Below, one piece after another: positions 18,799-28,476 of a stretch of DNA of 64,000 bases; position 1 is the stretch's first letter; every line of letters starts with the position of its first letter. The translations under genes and the position numbers were made by a program. This DNA is from an uncultured bacterium (GTDB lineage Bacteria > Krumholzibacteriota > Krumholzibacteriia > Krumholzibacteriales > Krumholzibacteriaceae), in the NCBI GenBank assembly GCA_963786935.1, contig CAWBAN010000001.1:352001-416000 (forward strand). The letters run 5' to 3'. The notes beneath the pieces were generated by a model. The model was not told where the DNA came from. It ran no database searches and worked only from the letters and a program-made list of their open reading frames with translations.

Positions 18799-20055
18799 GT
18801 GGAACTTGCTGCAGGGGTTATAGTTATAGCCATTCTCGGTATCGTGCTGTATACGTATGTCGGGTACCCTCTCATCCTCTACCTCCTCGGGCTCTTTCGC
18901 GCCCACCGGATCCGGCGCGACGACCGGTATGTCCCGCGGGTGATCCTGATCATCTCCGTGCACAACGAAGAGCGCATCATCCGCGACAAGATTGATAACT
19001 GCCTCGCGCTGGATTACCCGAAAGACAGGCTCAAGATCGTGGTCGCGAGCGACGGCTCCGTCGACGGAACCAACGATATCGTGAGGGAGTACGAGAGCCG
19101 CGGCATCGTGCTCAAGGCGTTCGAGCGCAGGGAAGGCAAGAGCGCCACGCTCAACCGCGCGGTTCTCGGGCTCGACGGGGACGTGCTCGTGTTCTCCGAC
19201 GCGAACGCGTTCTATCGCGAAGACGCGATCCGCATGCTCGTCCGGAACCTGGCGCAGGACGACATCGGCTGCGTCGTGGGCAAGCTCGTGTACGTGACCA
19301 ATCATTCGTATGTCGGCAAGGGCGAGAGTCTCTACTGGCGCTACGAGTCGTTCCTCAACGCCCTCGAGAGCAGGATCAAATCGGTTCTCGTCGGCACGGG
19401 GACGATCTTCGCCGTACGCCGGGAGCTCTTCTTCCCGCTCGTGAAGGACGTCGCGAACGATTTCCAGCTTCCCGCCGAGGTCGCCTCGCGGGGGTACGGC
19501 GTCGTTTTCGACGGGGACGCGATCGCCTACGAGAAGTCGTCCTTCTTCTTCCGGGAGGAGTTCGCGCGCAAACGGAGGATCATTGTCCGCGGGCTCACCG
19601 GCTTCGGAGCCCTCCGGGGGAGTTTCGGCGGCCCGTTCCGCATCTTCCAGTTCGTCTCGAGAAAGCTCGTCCGGTGGTGCGTCGGACCGCTCATGCCCGC
19701 CCTGTACGCGGCGAATCTCCTGCTGCTCGCCCATCCGGCGTTCCTCGCGCTTTTCGTGCTTCAGAACGCGTTCTACGTTCTCGCGCTCGTCGGCACGCTC
19801 CTGCGGCGCGGCGGGGTTCAATCGAGGGTCTTGTTCATACCCTTCTACTTCGTGATGGTGAACGCGGCGTCCGTCGCGGCGATCGCGACCTATCTCGGCG
19901 GCGATCGACTCTCGTCGTGGGAGAAGGCGGAGACGACGCGCGACACGGACGAGCACGCCGGCTTCGCGCCGATGCTCCGCGTCATCGAAGGAAAGAAGGA
20001 TCTCCCGTACATGGACAAGCAAAAGGGCGTCGAAAAGCTCGAGCGCATCACCTGA
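18799..20055 (+). CDS. Glycosyltransferase family 2 (PgaC/IcaA/CesA-like membrane GT2)
   Basis: YTYVGYP, ISVHNEE, SDGSVDGT, GKSATLN, FSDAN, YWRYE, NDF, RKRRI; C-terminal TMs; GTG start after GGAGGG. Confidence 0.9.
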   Translation: MELAAGVIVIAILGIVLYTYVGYPLILYLLGLFRAHRIRRDDRYVPRVILIISVHNEERIIRDKIDNCLALDYPKDRLKIVVASDGSVDGTNDIVREYESRGIVLKAFERREGKSATLNRAVLGLDGDVLVFSDANAFYREDAIRMLVRNLAQDDIGCVVGKLVYVTNHSYVGKGESLYWRYESFLNALESRIKSVLVGTGTIFAVRRELFFPLVKDVANDFQLPAEVASRGYGVVFDGDAIAYEKSSFFFREEFARKRRIIVRGLTGFGALRGSFGGPFRIFQFVSRKLVRWCVGPLMPALYAANLLLLAHPAFLALFVLQNAFYVLALVGTLLRRGGVQSRVLFIPFYFVMVNAASVAAIATYLGGDRLSSWEKAETTRDTDEHAGFAPMLRVIEGKKDLPYMDKQKGVEKLERIT

Positions 20056-20067
20056 TCCTCCCCGCTC

Positions 20068-21228
20068 ATGGACCATTACCGCATTCTGCATTTCACGAGC
20101 ACCCTTCGGACGGGCGGCGCGGAGCGCCATCTGCTCAATCTGAGCCGGCATCTGAGGGCCCGGGGGCACGAGATCGCCGTCTGCACGCTGTCGACGGTCG
20201 AGGACGGGCTCGAGGGGCGATTCATCGACGAGGGTATCCCGCTCTTTCGCCTCCCGCTCGGATCGCTGCGGTTCCTGCCGGCGCCGCGCACCGTCTCGGG
20301 CATCCGGAGAATCGCGGGCGGTTTCGAGCCGCAGATCGTCCACGCGCACCTCTTCCATGCCGAGGTCGCCGCGGCGTTCGCCACGCTCGTCTCACCCGCC
20401 GCGCTCGTCGCCACCCGGCACAGCGCCGGGCTCGAGTTCCGCGGCTGGCACGCGCTCGCGGCGCGGGCCATCTCGCCGCGATTCGACGCGTGCATCGCCG
20501 TGAGCGCGGGAGCGGCGAGAGAGGCGATCCGGACGGGTTTCGCGCCCGCGAAGGTCGCGCTCATCCCGAACGCCGTCGATCCGGCGCGGTACCGGCCGCT
20601 CGCCGCGGCCGACCGGGAACGAGGCAGGACGGCGCTCTGCGCGGAGCTTTACCCGGACGCGGTTCCCCGCGAGCTCATTCTCATCGGATCCGTCGGCGGA
20701 CTGAAATCGGTCAAGAATCACCAGCTCATGCTGCGGGCGGCTTCGAGGCTCGTGTCGGAACGCTCGTCCCGCCCCGGCGCGCCGGCGCTGCGATTCGTGA
20801 TCTTCGGGGAGGGGGAGGAGCGAGCCGCGTGCGAGCGTCTGGCCCGGGAGCTCGGGATCGAACGAATATTCTCGCTCCCCGGCGAGCGGGACGATCTGGA
20901 ATCGCTCTATCCGCTGCTCGATGTGTTCATGCTTCCGTCGTGGAGCGAAGGATTGCCGTTGGCGCTGCTCGAGGCCATGTCATCGGGAGTCGCATGCGTC
21001 GCGACCGACGTGGGGGATGTTGGGGAGGCGATAGGGGATACCGGAGCCGTCACGCCGCCCGGCGACGAAGAGGCGCTCGCCGAGGCCGTTCAATATATTA
21101 TCAAAAAAGAAGATAGGCTGAAGGAGCTGGGCCGCAAGGCGCGCGTGCGGGTGCTCGAGAGATACAATGAGGATCTCTGGGGGGAGCGGATCGTTTCCGT
21201 TTACCGGTCGGTTCTCCATAATCGATAA
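20068..21228 (+). CDS. Glycosyltransferase family 4
   Basis: GGAERH, IVHAHL, IPNAVD, KNH, SEGLPLALLEAMSSG, ATDVG. Confidence 0.92.
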   Translation: MDHYRILHFTSTLRTGGAERHLLNLSRHLRARGHEIAVCTLSTVEDGLEGRFIDEGIPLFRLPLGSLRFLPAPRTVSGIRRIAGGFEPQIVHAHLFHAEVAAAFATLVSPAALVATRHSAGLEFRGWHALAARAISPRFDACIAVSAGAAREAIRTGFAPAKVALIPNAVDPARYRPLAAADRERGRTALCAELYPDAVPRELILIGSVGGLKSVKNHQLMLRAASRLVSERSSRPGAPALRFVIFGEGEERAACERLARELGIERIFSLPGERDDLESLYPLLDVFMLPSWSEGLPLALLEAMSSGVACVATDVGDVGEAIGDTGAVTPPGDEEALAEAVQYIIKKEDRLKELGRKARVRVLERYNEDLWGERIVSVYRSVLHNR

Positions 21229-21334
21229 AAATTTGAAACTTCAGGGCGTTTCCGGACTATAACCTGAGCAGAAGAAGCATCGACTGCGTACGAACACTTC
21301 GAGGAGGTGAGGGGCGCTTCATGTGTCCCGCAAG

Positions 21335-22372
21335 ATGAAAAGAACGGCACTATTCGGGATTCTGGCGATAGGCGCGGCATGCGCGATCCTGTGGGGGCCG
21401 GGCGCGGCGTCCCTGCATGCCCAGGAGGGACCGAGCGTCATCGGCGCCGTCGGCGGCGCTCAAGAGGTCGAGAAGGGGAAAGAGTGCTGCGCTTACATGG
21501 GCATTTATATGGACGATCTCTCGGCCCGGATCAAGGAAAAGGCATCCTATCCTCACGCGAACGGCGTCTTGATAACGAACGTGGCCCCGGGCGGCCCCGC
21601 CGAAAAGGCCGGAATCGAGAGCGGCGACATCGTGTACCTATTCGACGGCGTCAAGGTGGAGGACGCGATGCAGCTCGGGAAGCTCGTCAAGGGGCACCAG
21701 GTGGGGGACAACGTGCCGGTCGTGATTTTCCGGGACGGGAAGGAGAAGAAGCTCACCGTGAAGCTCGAGCGCCGCGATCCCCAAACCGTCAAGGACGCGC
21801 TCGGCGCCTATGTCACCGTCGATATGGAAGACGTGTTGAAAGACGCATACCGGTCGGCCGGCAACGTGTATGTTAAATCCATGATGAAAGGGCACCTCGG
21901 AATGGTCCTGCTCGATCTCAACGACGATATCGCTCCCTATTTCAGCGTGAAGAAAAGCGCCGGCGCGCTCGTGTACGTCGTCGAAAAGGGAAGCCCGGCC
22001 GAAAAGGCGGGAATCAAAGGCGGCGACGTGATCGCGGGTGTCGACGGCGCGGCCGTCGAGAGCGTCGAATGCGTCACGAGCGGGCTCGCCGATATCGAGA
22101 AGGGGGACAAGGTAACCCTCGAGATACTTCGCAGGGGCGTCAAGAAGAGCTGTGTCCTCGAAGCCGACGAGACCCATCCGTCCGTCGGCATGTTCATCGC
22201 GCCGTTCGATCAGGGGACGATCAAAGCGAAGAAGGCGCCGCCGCCGCCCGAGTGGCTCGAAGCGAATCGGAGCAAGGAGGAGGCGCAGAAGCTCAGGGAA
22301 GAGATGAAGGTCCTCCAGGAGCGCTTGAAGGAGCTCGAGGAACGTCTCGGCGACGTGGAAAAAAGAGAGTGA
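21335..22372 (+). CDS. Secreted tandem PDZ-domain protein with C-terminal coiled coil (no protease domain)
   Basis: Signal peptide; two HtrA-like PDZ units (YMGIYM...GGPAEKAGIESGD; HLGMVL...GSPAEKAGIKGGD). Start may be GTG 21323. Confidence 0.85.
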   Translation: MKRTALFGILAIGAACAILWGPGAASLHAQEGPSVIGAVGGAQEVEKGKECCAYMGIYMDDLSARIKEKASYPHANGVLITNVAPGGPAEKAGIESGDIVYLFDGVKVEDAMQLGKLVKGHQVGDNVPVVIFRDGKEKKLTVKLERRDPQTVKDALGAYVTVDMEDVLKDAYRSAGNVYVKSMMKGHLGMVLLDLNDDIAPYFSVKKSAGALVYVVEKGSPAEKAGIKGGDVIAGVDGAAVESVECVTSGLADIEKGDKVTLEILRRGVKKSCVLEADETHPSVGMFIAPFDQGTIKAKKAPPPPEWLEANRSKEEAQKLREEMKVLQERLKELEERLGDVEKRE

Positions 22373-22447
22373 TTCGGCAGCAGGATCGCCCGGTCCCCCG
22401 GACGGCGTCGGGCCGCCCGCGCGGAGCCGGTCGCTTCGACCCGCGGG

Positions 22448-22472
22448 GGGCGGCTTTTCAGCCGCCCTTTTT
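22448..22472 (+). terminator. Intrinsic terminator
   Basis: GGGCGGCT-TTTC-AGCCGCCC-TTTTT. Confidence 0.8.
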
Positions 22473-22543
22473 CATTCGCTCCGCGCGGTTCGAGCTCCCG
22501 GCTTGCGAGAGCGCCGCATGATCGCTCCGCGATGCCAAATCCT

Positions 22544-22572
22544 TTGACAGCCAGCGAAAAGTGTTCTATGTT
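22544..22572 (+). promoter_or_regulatory. Sigma70-type promoter of the Yip1-fusA-yebC-ruv operon
   Basis: TTGACA-17 nt-TATGTT. Confidence 0.65.
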
Positions 22573-22646
22573 AGTTGTTTAAATCCCCCCGGGGGCGGAT
22601 AGCGCGTCCCGGCGAGGGGATGGTGTGTTCGCAAGGAGGATGAACG

Positions 22647-23393
22647 ATGGCGGATAACCAGGAGAACGTCCGGGTTCCGGAGTCCGGCGATCAGGGCGCG
22701 GACAAATCGAAGGGCGGTTTTCTCGCGTCGATCCTCGATGTCTTCGTCGATCCGTTCAAGGTGTTCGCCCGTGTCGACGCGGGGCTCTCGTGGTGGAAGC
22801 CGTTCGTGCTCGTGACCGCCGTGTCGCTGGTCCTCACGTACCTCATGCTGCCGTTTCAGAAGAGGCTTATCGAGCTCAATCCGCGGGGCATGGGGGAGGA
22901 GCAGCTGCAGCAGGCGGTCGATGGATTCGATAAATTCGCACCGTTGTCGCTCATCACCGTGCCTGTTTTTCTCATCATCGTATACCTGATCCTCGCGGGC
23001 ATCGTGCACCTCGTCGTCAACATCATGAGCACGCGTTCGAACTACAAGAAGACGCTGAGCCTCATTTCGTTCTGCGGCATCATCACGATCGTCGAGCAGA
23101 TCATCAGCACGGCGGTTCTCCGGACGCGCGGCGTCGAGAGCATGGAGTCCGCCGCGGACATGAAATTCAGCCTGAGCCTCGCGCCGCTCGTCGGCGATGG
23201 GAAGGGGCTGCTCAACGCGGTGCTCCAGAGCCTCAGCGTGTTCCAGATATGGTATTACGTCGTGCTCGTGCTCGGCATCGCGGCGATATTCAAGATGACG
23301 CGGAAGGCTGCGATCATTCCTGCCCTTCCCATGTGGATCATCAGCATACTCATGCTCTGGATCGGAGGCAAATTCGGCGGGGGCATGGGCTGA
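22647..23393 (+). CDS. Yip1 family membrane protein
   Basis: ILDVFVDPFKVFARV...WWKP, five hydrophobic segments, SVFQIWY; SD AAGGAGG. Confidence 0.8.
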   Translation: MADNQENVRVPESGDQGADKSKGGFLASILDVFVDPFKVFARVDAGLSWWKPFVLVTAVSLVLTYLMLPFQKRLIELNPRGMGEEQLQQAVDGFDKFAPLSLITVPVFLIIVYLILAGIVHLVVNIMSTRSNYKKTLSLISFCGIITIVEQIISTAVLRTRGVESMESAADMKFSLSLAPLVGDGKGLLNAVLQSLSVFQIWYYVVLVLGIAAIFKMTRKAAIIPALPMWIISILMLWIGGKFGGGMG

Positions 23394-23414
23394 GAGGTTT
23401 CAGAGGAGGTTGTT

Positions 23415-25499
23415 TTGAAGAAGTACGGTATGGACAAGCTGCGGAACGTGATTCTTGTCGGCCATCAGGCCTCGGGCAAGACGACCCTCGCCGAGTCGAT
23501 TCTTTTCAACGCCGGCGTCAACAGCAGAGCCGGCAGGGTCGAGGACGGCAACACGACGATGGACTCTTCGCCCGAGGAAATCGCAAAAGTCATCTCGATC
23601 GACGCGGGTGTGGCCTTCTGCGAGATCGCCAAGACGAAGGTCAACATCATCGACACCCCCGGCTACGAGGATTTCGTCGGCCAGGTGCTCTCCTGTCTCC
23701 CCGTCGTCGAGGGAGGCGTCATCGTCATGAGCGCCGAGGGCGGCGTCGAGGCCGGCACGATCAAGACGTGGAGCTACCTCGACCGGTACGGTCTTCCCCG
23801 CGTCGTGTGCGTCAACAAGATGGACAAAGAGCACGCCGACTTCGACAAATGCGTCGAGGAGGCGCAGAGCCAGCTCGGCCCGAAGGTCGTCCCGTTCCAG
23901 ATTCCCATCGGCCAGGGGGAGAAATTCAAGGGTGTCGTCGACGTATTGAAGGGAAAGGCCTACGTATATTCGGGCGACGGCAAATTCTCCGAGGCCGACG
24001 TCCCCGCCGATCTCAAGAGCGCGGTGGACGAGGCGCTGCAGCGGCTCGTCGATTTCGCCGCCGAAACGGACGACTCCCTCCTCGAGAAGTTCCTCGGTGG
24101 GGAAAAGCTCTCCGACGACGAGCTTCGGAAAGGGCTCGCCGCCGGGTGCGTCGCCGGCACGCTCGTGCCGCTCTTCGTCGCCTCCGCGGCGAAGAACATC
24201 GGCGTTCAGCAGCTCATGGAATCGATCGTCTCGATGCTCCCGTCGCCCGCGTGGCGTCCGGAAGTCGACGCGAAGGCCGTCGGTTCGGGCGAGACGACAA
24301 AGGTCAAAGCCGGTCCCGGCGCTCCGGCATCGGTGCTCGTATTCAAGTTCGTGTCCGAGAAGAACGTCGGCGACCTTTCTTACTTCAGGGTGTTCGGCGG
24401 CGAGGTCGCCGTCGGGAAGGATCTCCACAACGCGAACATCGACAACGCCGAGCGCATGGGGCAGCTCTTCTTCATTCAGGGCAGGAACAGGGTCGACGCC
24501 GAGTCGGTCGAGGCGGGAGACATCGGCGCCGCCGTGAAGCTGAAAGCGACGCGCCTCGGCCACACGCTCTGCGAGCGCGCGCATCCGGCCATTTTCCCCG
24601 ATGTGCTCTATCCCGAGCCGACGCTCACCACGGCGATCGCGGCGAAGGTCAAGGGGGAAGAGGATAAGGTGGCGACCGGGCTCGCCAAGCTCAAGGAGGA
24701 GGACCCGACCTTCAAGCTCGAGCAGGATCCCGAGCTCCGGCAGATGCTCCTCTCGGGGCAGGGGGAGCTCCATCTCGACGTGCTGCTCGCGCGGCTCAAG
24801 CGGAAGTCGAGCGTCGAGGTCGAGATGGCCGTGCCGAAGATACCGTACCGCGAGACGATCACGGCGAAGGCCGAGGCCCAGGGCAAATACAAGAAGCAGA
24901 GCGGCGGCCGCGGCCAGTACGGCGACTGCTGGCTCCGGCTCGAGCCGCTCCCGCGCGGCGGCGGTTTCGAGTTCGTCGACGAGGTGGTCGGCGGCACCGT
25001 TCCCGGCAAGTACATCCCCGCCGTCGAAAAGGGCGTGCGGGAAGCCATGAAGGAAGGCGTCGTCGCCGGATACGTCGTGATGGACGTCAGGGTCGCGATC
25101 TACTACGGCTCATACCACGCGGTCGATTCCTCGGACAACGCGTTCAAGGTCGCGGGCTCCCTCGGATTCAAGGCGGCGGTGCTCAAGGCGAAGCCGGTCA
25201 TCCTCGAGCCGATCATGAACGTCGAGGTATACGTGCCGGGCGATTTTATGGGGGACGTCATGGGCGATCTCTCGTCGCGCCGCGGCAAGATTCAGGGAAT
25301 GGAGCAGGAGGGAACCGGCCAGAAGATCAAAGCGCAGGTGCCGCTCGCGGAGCTCCACCGCTATTCGACCTCGCTCCGGTCGATGACGCAGGGGCGCGGC
25401 GTGCACCATCAGGAGTTCTCTCACTACGAGGAAGTGCCTCACGAGGTCGCGCAGAAGCTCATCGCGGCCGCCGAGGCGGCGAAGACCGAGACCGATTAA
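23415..25499 (+). CDS. fusA: Elongation factor G paralogue (EF-G II/FusA2 type)
   Basis: GHQASGKTT, DTPGYEDF, NKMD, GQGELHL, YRETI, KKQSGGRGQYG, YHAVDSS, LRSMTQGRG; TTG start after GAGGAGGT. Confidence 0.93.
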   Translation: MKKYGMDKLRNVILVGHQASGKTTLAESILFNAGVNSRAGRVEDGNTTMDSSPEEIAKVISIDAGVAFCEIAKTKVNIIDTPGYEDFVGQVLSCLPVVEGGVIVMSAEGGVEAGTIKTWSYLDRYGLPRVVCVNKMDKEHADFDKCVEEAQSQLGPKVVPFQIPIGQGEKFKGVVDVLKGKAYVYSGDGKFSEADVPADLKSAVDEALQRLVDFAAETDDSLLEKFLGGEKLSDDELRKGLAAGCVAGTLVPLFVASAAKNIGVQQLMESIVSMLPSPAWRPEVDAKAVGSGETTKVKAGPGAPASVLVFKFVSEKNVGDLSYFRVFGGEVAVGKDLHNANIDNAERMGQLFFIQGRNRVDAESVEAGDIGAAVKLKATRLGHTLCERAHPAIFPDVLYPEPTLTTAIAAKVKGEEDKVATGLAKLKEEDPTFKLEQDPELRQMLLSGQGELHLDVLLARLKRKSSVEVEMAVPKIPYRETITAKAEAQGKYKKQSGGRGQYGDCWLRLEPLPRGGGFEFVDEVVGGTVPGKYIPAVEKGVREAMKEGVVAGYVVMDVRVAIYYGSYHAVDSSDNAFKVAGSLGFKAAVLKAKPVILEPIMNVEVYVPGDFMGDVMGDLSSRRGKIQGMEQEGTGQKIKAQVPLAELHRYSTSLRSMTQGRGVHHQEFSHYEEVPHEVAQKLIAAAEAAKTETD

Positions 25500-25523
25500 C
25501 CGTACGGCTCAAGGAGGCGTTTC

Positions 25524-26282
25524 GTGTCGGGGCATTCGAAATGGGCAACCATCAAGAGGAAGAAAGCGAAGGTCGACGCACAGCGGGGCAAGATCTTCAC
25601 GAAGCTCATCAGGGAAATTCTGACGGCCGCCCGCGAGGGGGGCGGCGACCTCGAGAACAACGCGCGCCTCCGGACGGCGGTGCAGACCGCCCGCGAGAGC
25701 AACATGCCGTACGAGAACATCGAACGCGCCATCAAGCGCGGCACGGGCGAGCTGGACGGCGTGAGCTACGAAACCGCCACGTTCGAAGGGTACGCCCCGG
25801 GCGGCATCGCGATCCTCGTGACGACGCTCACCGATAACCGCAACCGCACGAGCTCCGAGATCCGGCATCTGTTCACCCGCCACGGCGGGCACATGACCGA
25901 GCCGAACTCCGTTTCGTACATGTTCGAGAAGAAAGGCCTGATCGTCGTCGAAGGCTCGCAGGCGAGCGAGGACGGGCTGCTCGAGATCGCGCTCGAGAAC
26001 GGCGCGGACGACGTTCGCTCCGAGGGAGGCGCCTTCGAGATCGTATGTCCTCCGGAGGCGTTCGAGCCGCTTCGCGCGAAGCTGCAGGAGGCGAAGATCG
26101 CCACCCAGATGGCGGAGGTGTCGCTCCTGCCGAAGCTGGCGGTCAAGGTCGATCGCGACGCGGCGGTCAAGGTCCTCAAGCTCGTGAGCTCGCTGGAGGA
26201 TCTCGACGACGTCCAGAACGTCGCCGGCAATTTCGACATCTCGGACGATATACTGAAATCGATCGAAGGGGAGCTCGGCTGA
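25524..26282 (+). CDS. yebC: YebC/PmpR family protein
   Basis: MSGHSKWATIKRKK, TDNRNRT, LEDLDDVQNV. Confidence 0.96.
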   Translation: MSGHSKWATIKRKKAKVDAQRGKIFTKLIREILTAAREGGGDLENNARLRTAVQTARESNMPYENIERAIKRGTGELDGVSYETATFEGYAPGGIAILVTTLTDNRNRTSSEIRHLFTRHGGHMTEPNSVSYMFEKKGLIVVEGSQASEDGLLEIALENGADDVRSEGGAFEIVCPPEAFEPLRAKLQEAKIATQMAEVSLLPKLAVKVDRDAAVKVLKLVSSLEDLDDVQNVAGNFDISDDILKSIEGELG

Positions 26283-26307
26283 TCGGGGATCCCCGCGAGG
26301 TGACCTC

Positions 26308-26802
26308 GTGCCCCTGATAATCGGCATCGATCCGGGGAGCCGTATCACGGGATACGGACTCGTCGATCTGCGCGGACGCGATATCGTCTTCGTCGGATCG
26401 GGGATCATCAGGACGGGGGATGCGATGCCGATCGGAGAGCGCCTGCTGGCGATCAAGCGCGCGCTCGACGAAGTGATGGGACACTACCGTCCGTCCGCGC
26501 TCGCCGTGGAAGAGATCTTCATGGCAAAGAATCCGAAGAGCACGCTCACCCTCGGGCAGGCGCGCGGCGTGGCGCTCCTCGCCGCGGCCGAGGCGGGCAT
26601 CCCGGTGTACGAGTACTCGTCCCGCGCGGTCAAGAGCAGCGTCACGGGCGCCGGCGGCGCGCACAAGAGCCAGGTCGCCGCGATGGTGGGCCGTCTCATG
26701 CGGCTCGATCACGAGCCGGAGACGGAGGACGAAACGGACGCGCTCGCCGTCGCGTTTTGCCACGCCGCCCGCTCAGGCGACGTCCGGAGGTCGTTCGCAT
26801 GA
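26308..26802 (+). CDS. ruvC: Holliday junction resolvase RuvC
   Basis: IIGIDPGSRITGYG, VEEIF, LGQARG, DALAVA. Confidence 0.95.
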   Translation: MPLIIGIDPGSRITGYGLVDLRGRDIVFVGSGIIRTGDAMPIGERLLAIKRALDEVMGHYRPSALAVEEIFMAKNPKSTLTLGQARGVALLAAAEAGIPVYEYSSRAVKSSVTGAGGAHKSQVAAMVGRLMRLDHEPETEDETDALAVAFCHAARSGDVRRSFA

Positions 26803-27398
26803 TCTCTTCCATCGAGGGAATTCTCCGCGCGAGGGACGGGAACCGGATCGTCGTCGAGGTCGGCGGCGTCGGGCTCGAGGTGTCAGTGCCCCTGCGCGTC
26901 GCCGAGTCGCTCGGCGGCGAGGGGGAGCGGGTGCGTCTCCACACCTATCTCCACGTCCGCGAGGACACGCTCGCGCTCTACGGCTTTCCCGACGAGGAGG
27001 AGCGGCACCTCTTCCAGCTGCTCATCGGGGTGAGCGGGATCGGTCCGAAGCTCGCCCTCTCCGTGCTCGCGCTCACGGGCCCGGGGGAGCTCGCCCGCGT
27101 CATTCACGAGGAAAAGGCGTCGTCCCTCGTCTCGATCCCCGGCATCGGAAAGAAGACCGCCGAGCGGATCGTTCTCGAGCTCAAGGACAAGATCGAGATC
27201 GAGCGCTATCTCCCCGCGGCCGCCGCGGCGGGAAAGGGCATGCCGCGTGAGCTGTTCGACGAGGCGATCACCGCGCTCGAATCGATCGGCCTCTCGCGGG
27301 CGAACGCGATCAAAGCGCTCGAACGCGTGAACATCCCGGCGCTCGGGACCTCGTACCGCGTCGAGGATCTCGTGCGCGAGGCGCTGAAAGCGATATAG
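26799..27398 (+). CDS. ruvA: Holliday junction branch migration protein RuvA
   Basis: MISSIEG, VGGVG, HVREDTLALYGF, VSGIGPKLAL, PGIGKKTAERIVLELKDK. Confidence 0.96.
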   Translation: MISSIEGILRARDGNRIVVEVGGVGLEVSVPLRVAESLGGEGERVRLHTYLHVREDTLALYGFPDEEERHLFQLLIGVSGIGPKLALSVLALTGPGELARVIHEEKASSLVSIPGIGKKTAERIVLELKDKIEIERYLPAAAAAGKGMPRELFDEAITALESIGLSRANAIKALERVNIPALGTSYRVEDLVREALKAI

Positions 27399-27401
27399 AC
27401 G

Positions 27402-28451
27402 ATGGAACCGAAGAGAACGGACAAGGCGCCGGCGAGCTTCATCACCGATCCGAAGGTGTCTCCCGAAGAGATCCAGTCGGAGTCGCGGCTTCGCCCGAAG
27501 ACGCTCGACGAGTTCGTCGGCCAGTCGAAGGTGAAGGAGAATCTCACCGTCTTCATCGAAGCGGCCAAGCAGCGCTGCGAGCCGCTCGATCACGTGCTCC
27601 TCTACGGCCCGCCCGGTCTCGGAAAAACGACGCTCGCCCACATCATCGCGCACGAGCTCGGCGTCGCGATCCGGACGACCTCGGGCCCCGTGTTCCAGAA
27701 CGCCGCGGAGCTCCTCGGCGTGCTCACGCAGATCGAGAAGCGAGACGTCGTGTTCATCGACGAGATCCACCGGCTGAGCCGCGTCGTTGAGGAGCACCTC
27801 TACCCGGCGATGGAGGAGTTCCGGTGCGAGCTCATCGTCGACAAGGGGCCGCACGCGCGGCACTACTCGATCACGATCGAGCCGTTCACCCTCGTCGGCG
27901 CGACCACGCGCGCGGGGATGATCACCCCGCCGATGCGGAGCCGTTTCGGCGTCGTCGCCCGCCTCGATTTCTACCGTCCGGAGGATCTCGTCCGCATCGT
28001 CACGCGCTCGGCGCAGCTCCTCGACATCGAGATCGACGACGAGGGGACGATCGAGATCGCGAAGCGCTCCCGCGGCACGCCGCGCATCGCGAACCGGCTG
28101 CTCCGCCGCGTGCGCGACTTCGCCCAGATCAAGGGGAAGGGGCGGATCGACCTCGAGATCGCCGATTACGCGCTCGGGATGCTCGAGGTGGACGAGCGGG
28201 GATTGAACGAGATGGACCGCCGGCTGCTCGCGACGATCATCGAGAAGTTCTCCGGCGGGCCGGTCGGCATCAATTCCCTCTCGGTCGCCGTATCCGAGGA
28301 GGCCGAGACGATCGAGGACATCTACGAACCCTTCCTCATTCAGGAAGGCCTGATCCAGCGCACGTCGCGCGGGAGGATGGCGACCGAGGCGGGATATCGC
28401 CATCTGAAAATCGACACGAAGGGCGGCGGCGCGCAGCCGGATCTGCTCTAG
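27402..28451 (+). CDS. ruvB: Holliday junction helicase RuvB
   Basis: [49 protein letters not shown]. Confidence 0.98.
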   Translation: MEPKRTDKAPASFITDPKVSPEEIQSESRLRPKTLDEFVGQSKVKENLTVFIEAAKQRCEPLDHVLLYGPPGLGKTTLAHIIAHELGVAIRTTSGPVFQNAAELLGVLTQIEKRDVVFIDEIHRLSRVVEEHLYPAMEEFRCELIVDKGPHARHYSITIEPFTLVGATTRAGMITPPMRSRFGVVARLDFYRPEDLVRIVTRSAQLLDIEIDDEGTIEIAKRSRGTPRIANRLLRRVRDFAQIKGKGRIDLEIADYALGMLEVDERGLNEMDRRLLATIIEKFSGGPVGINSLSVAVSEEAETIEDIYEPFLIQEGLIQRTSRGRMATEAGYRHLKIDTKGGGAQPDLL

Positions 28452-28476
28452 AGGCCCGGGCGAATACCGGTCAACC

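Noticed and set aside
21301..21338. Five-codon uORF MCPAR* overlapping the PDZ gene ATG, and a possible ECF promoter TGAAAC at 21234
   Set aside because: SD and promoter spacings fit poorly, and such short ORFs arise by chance.
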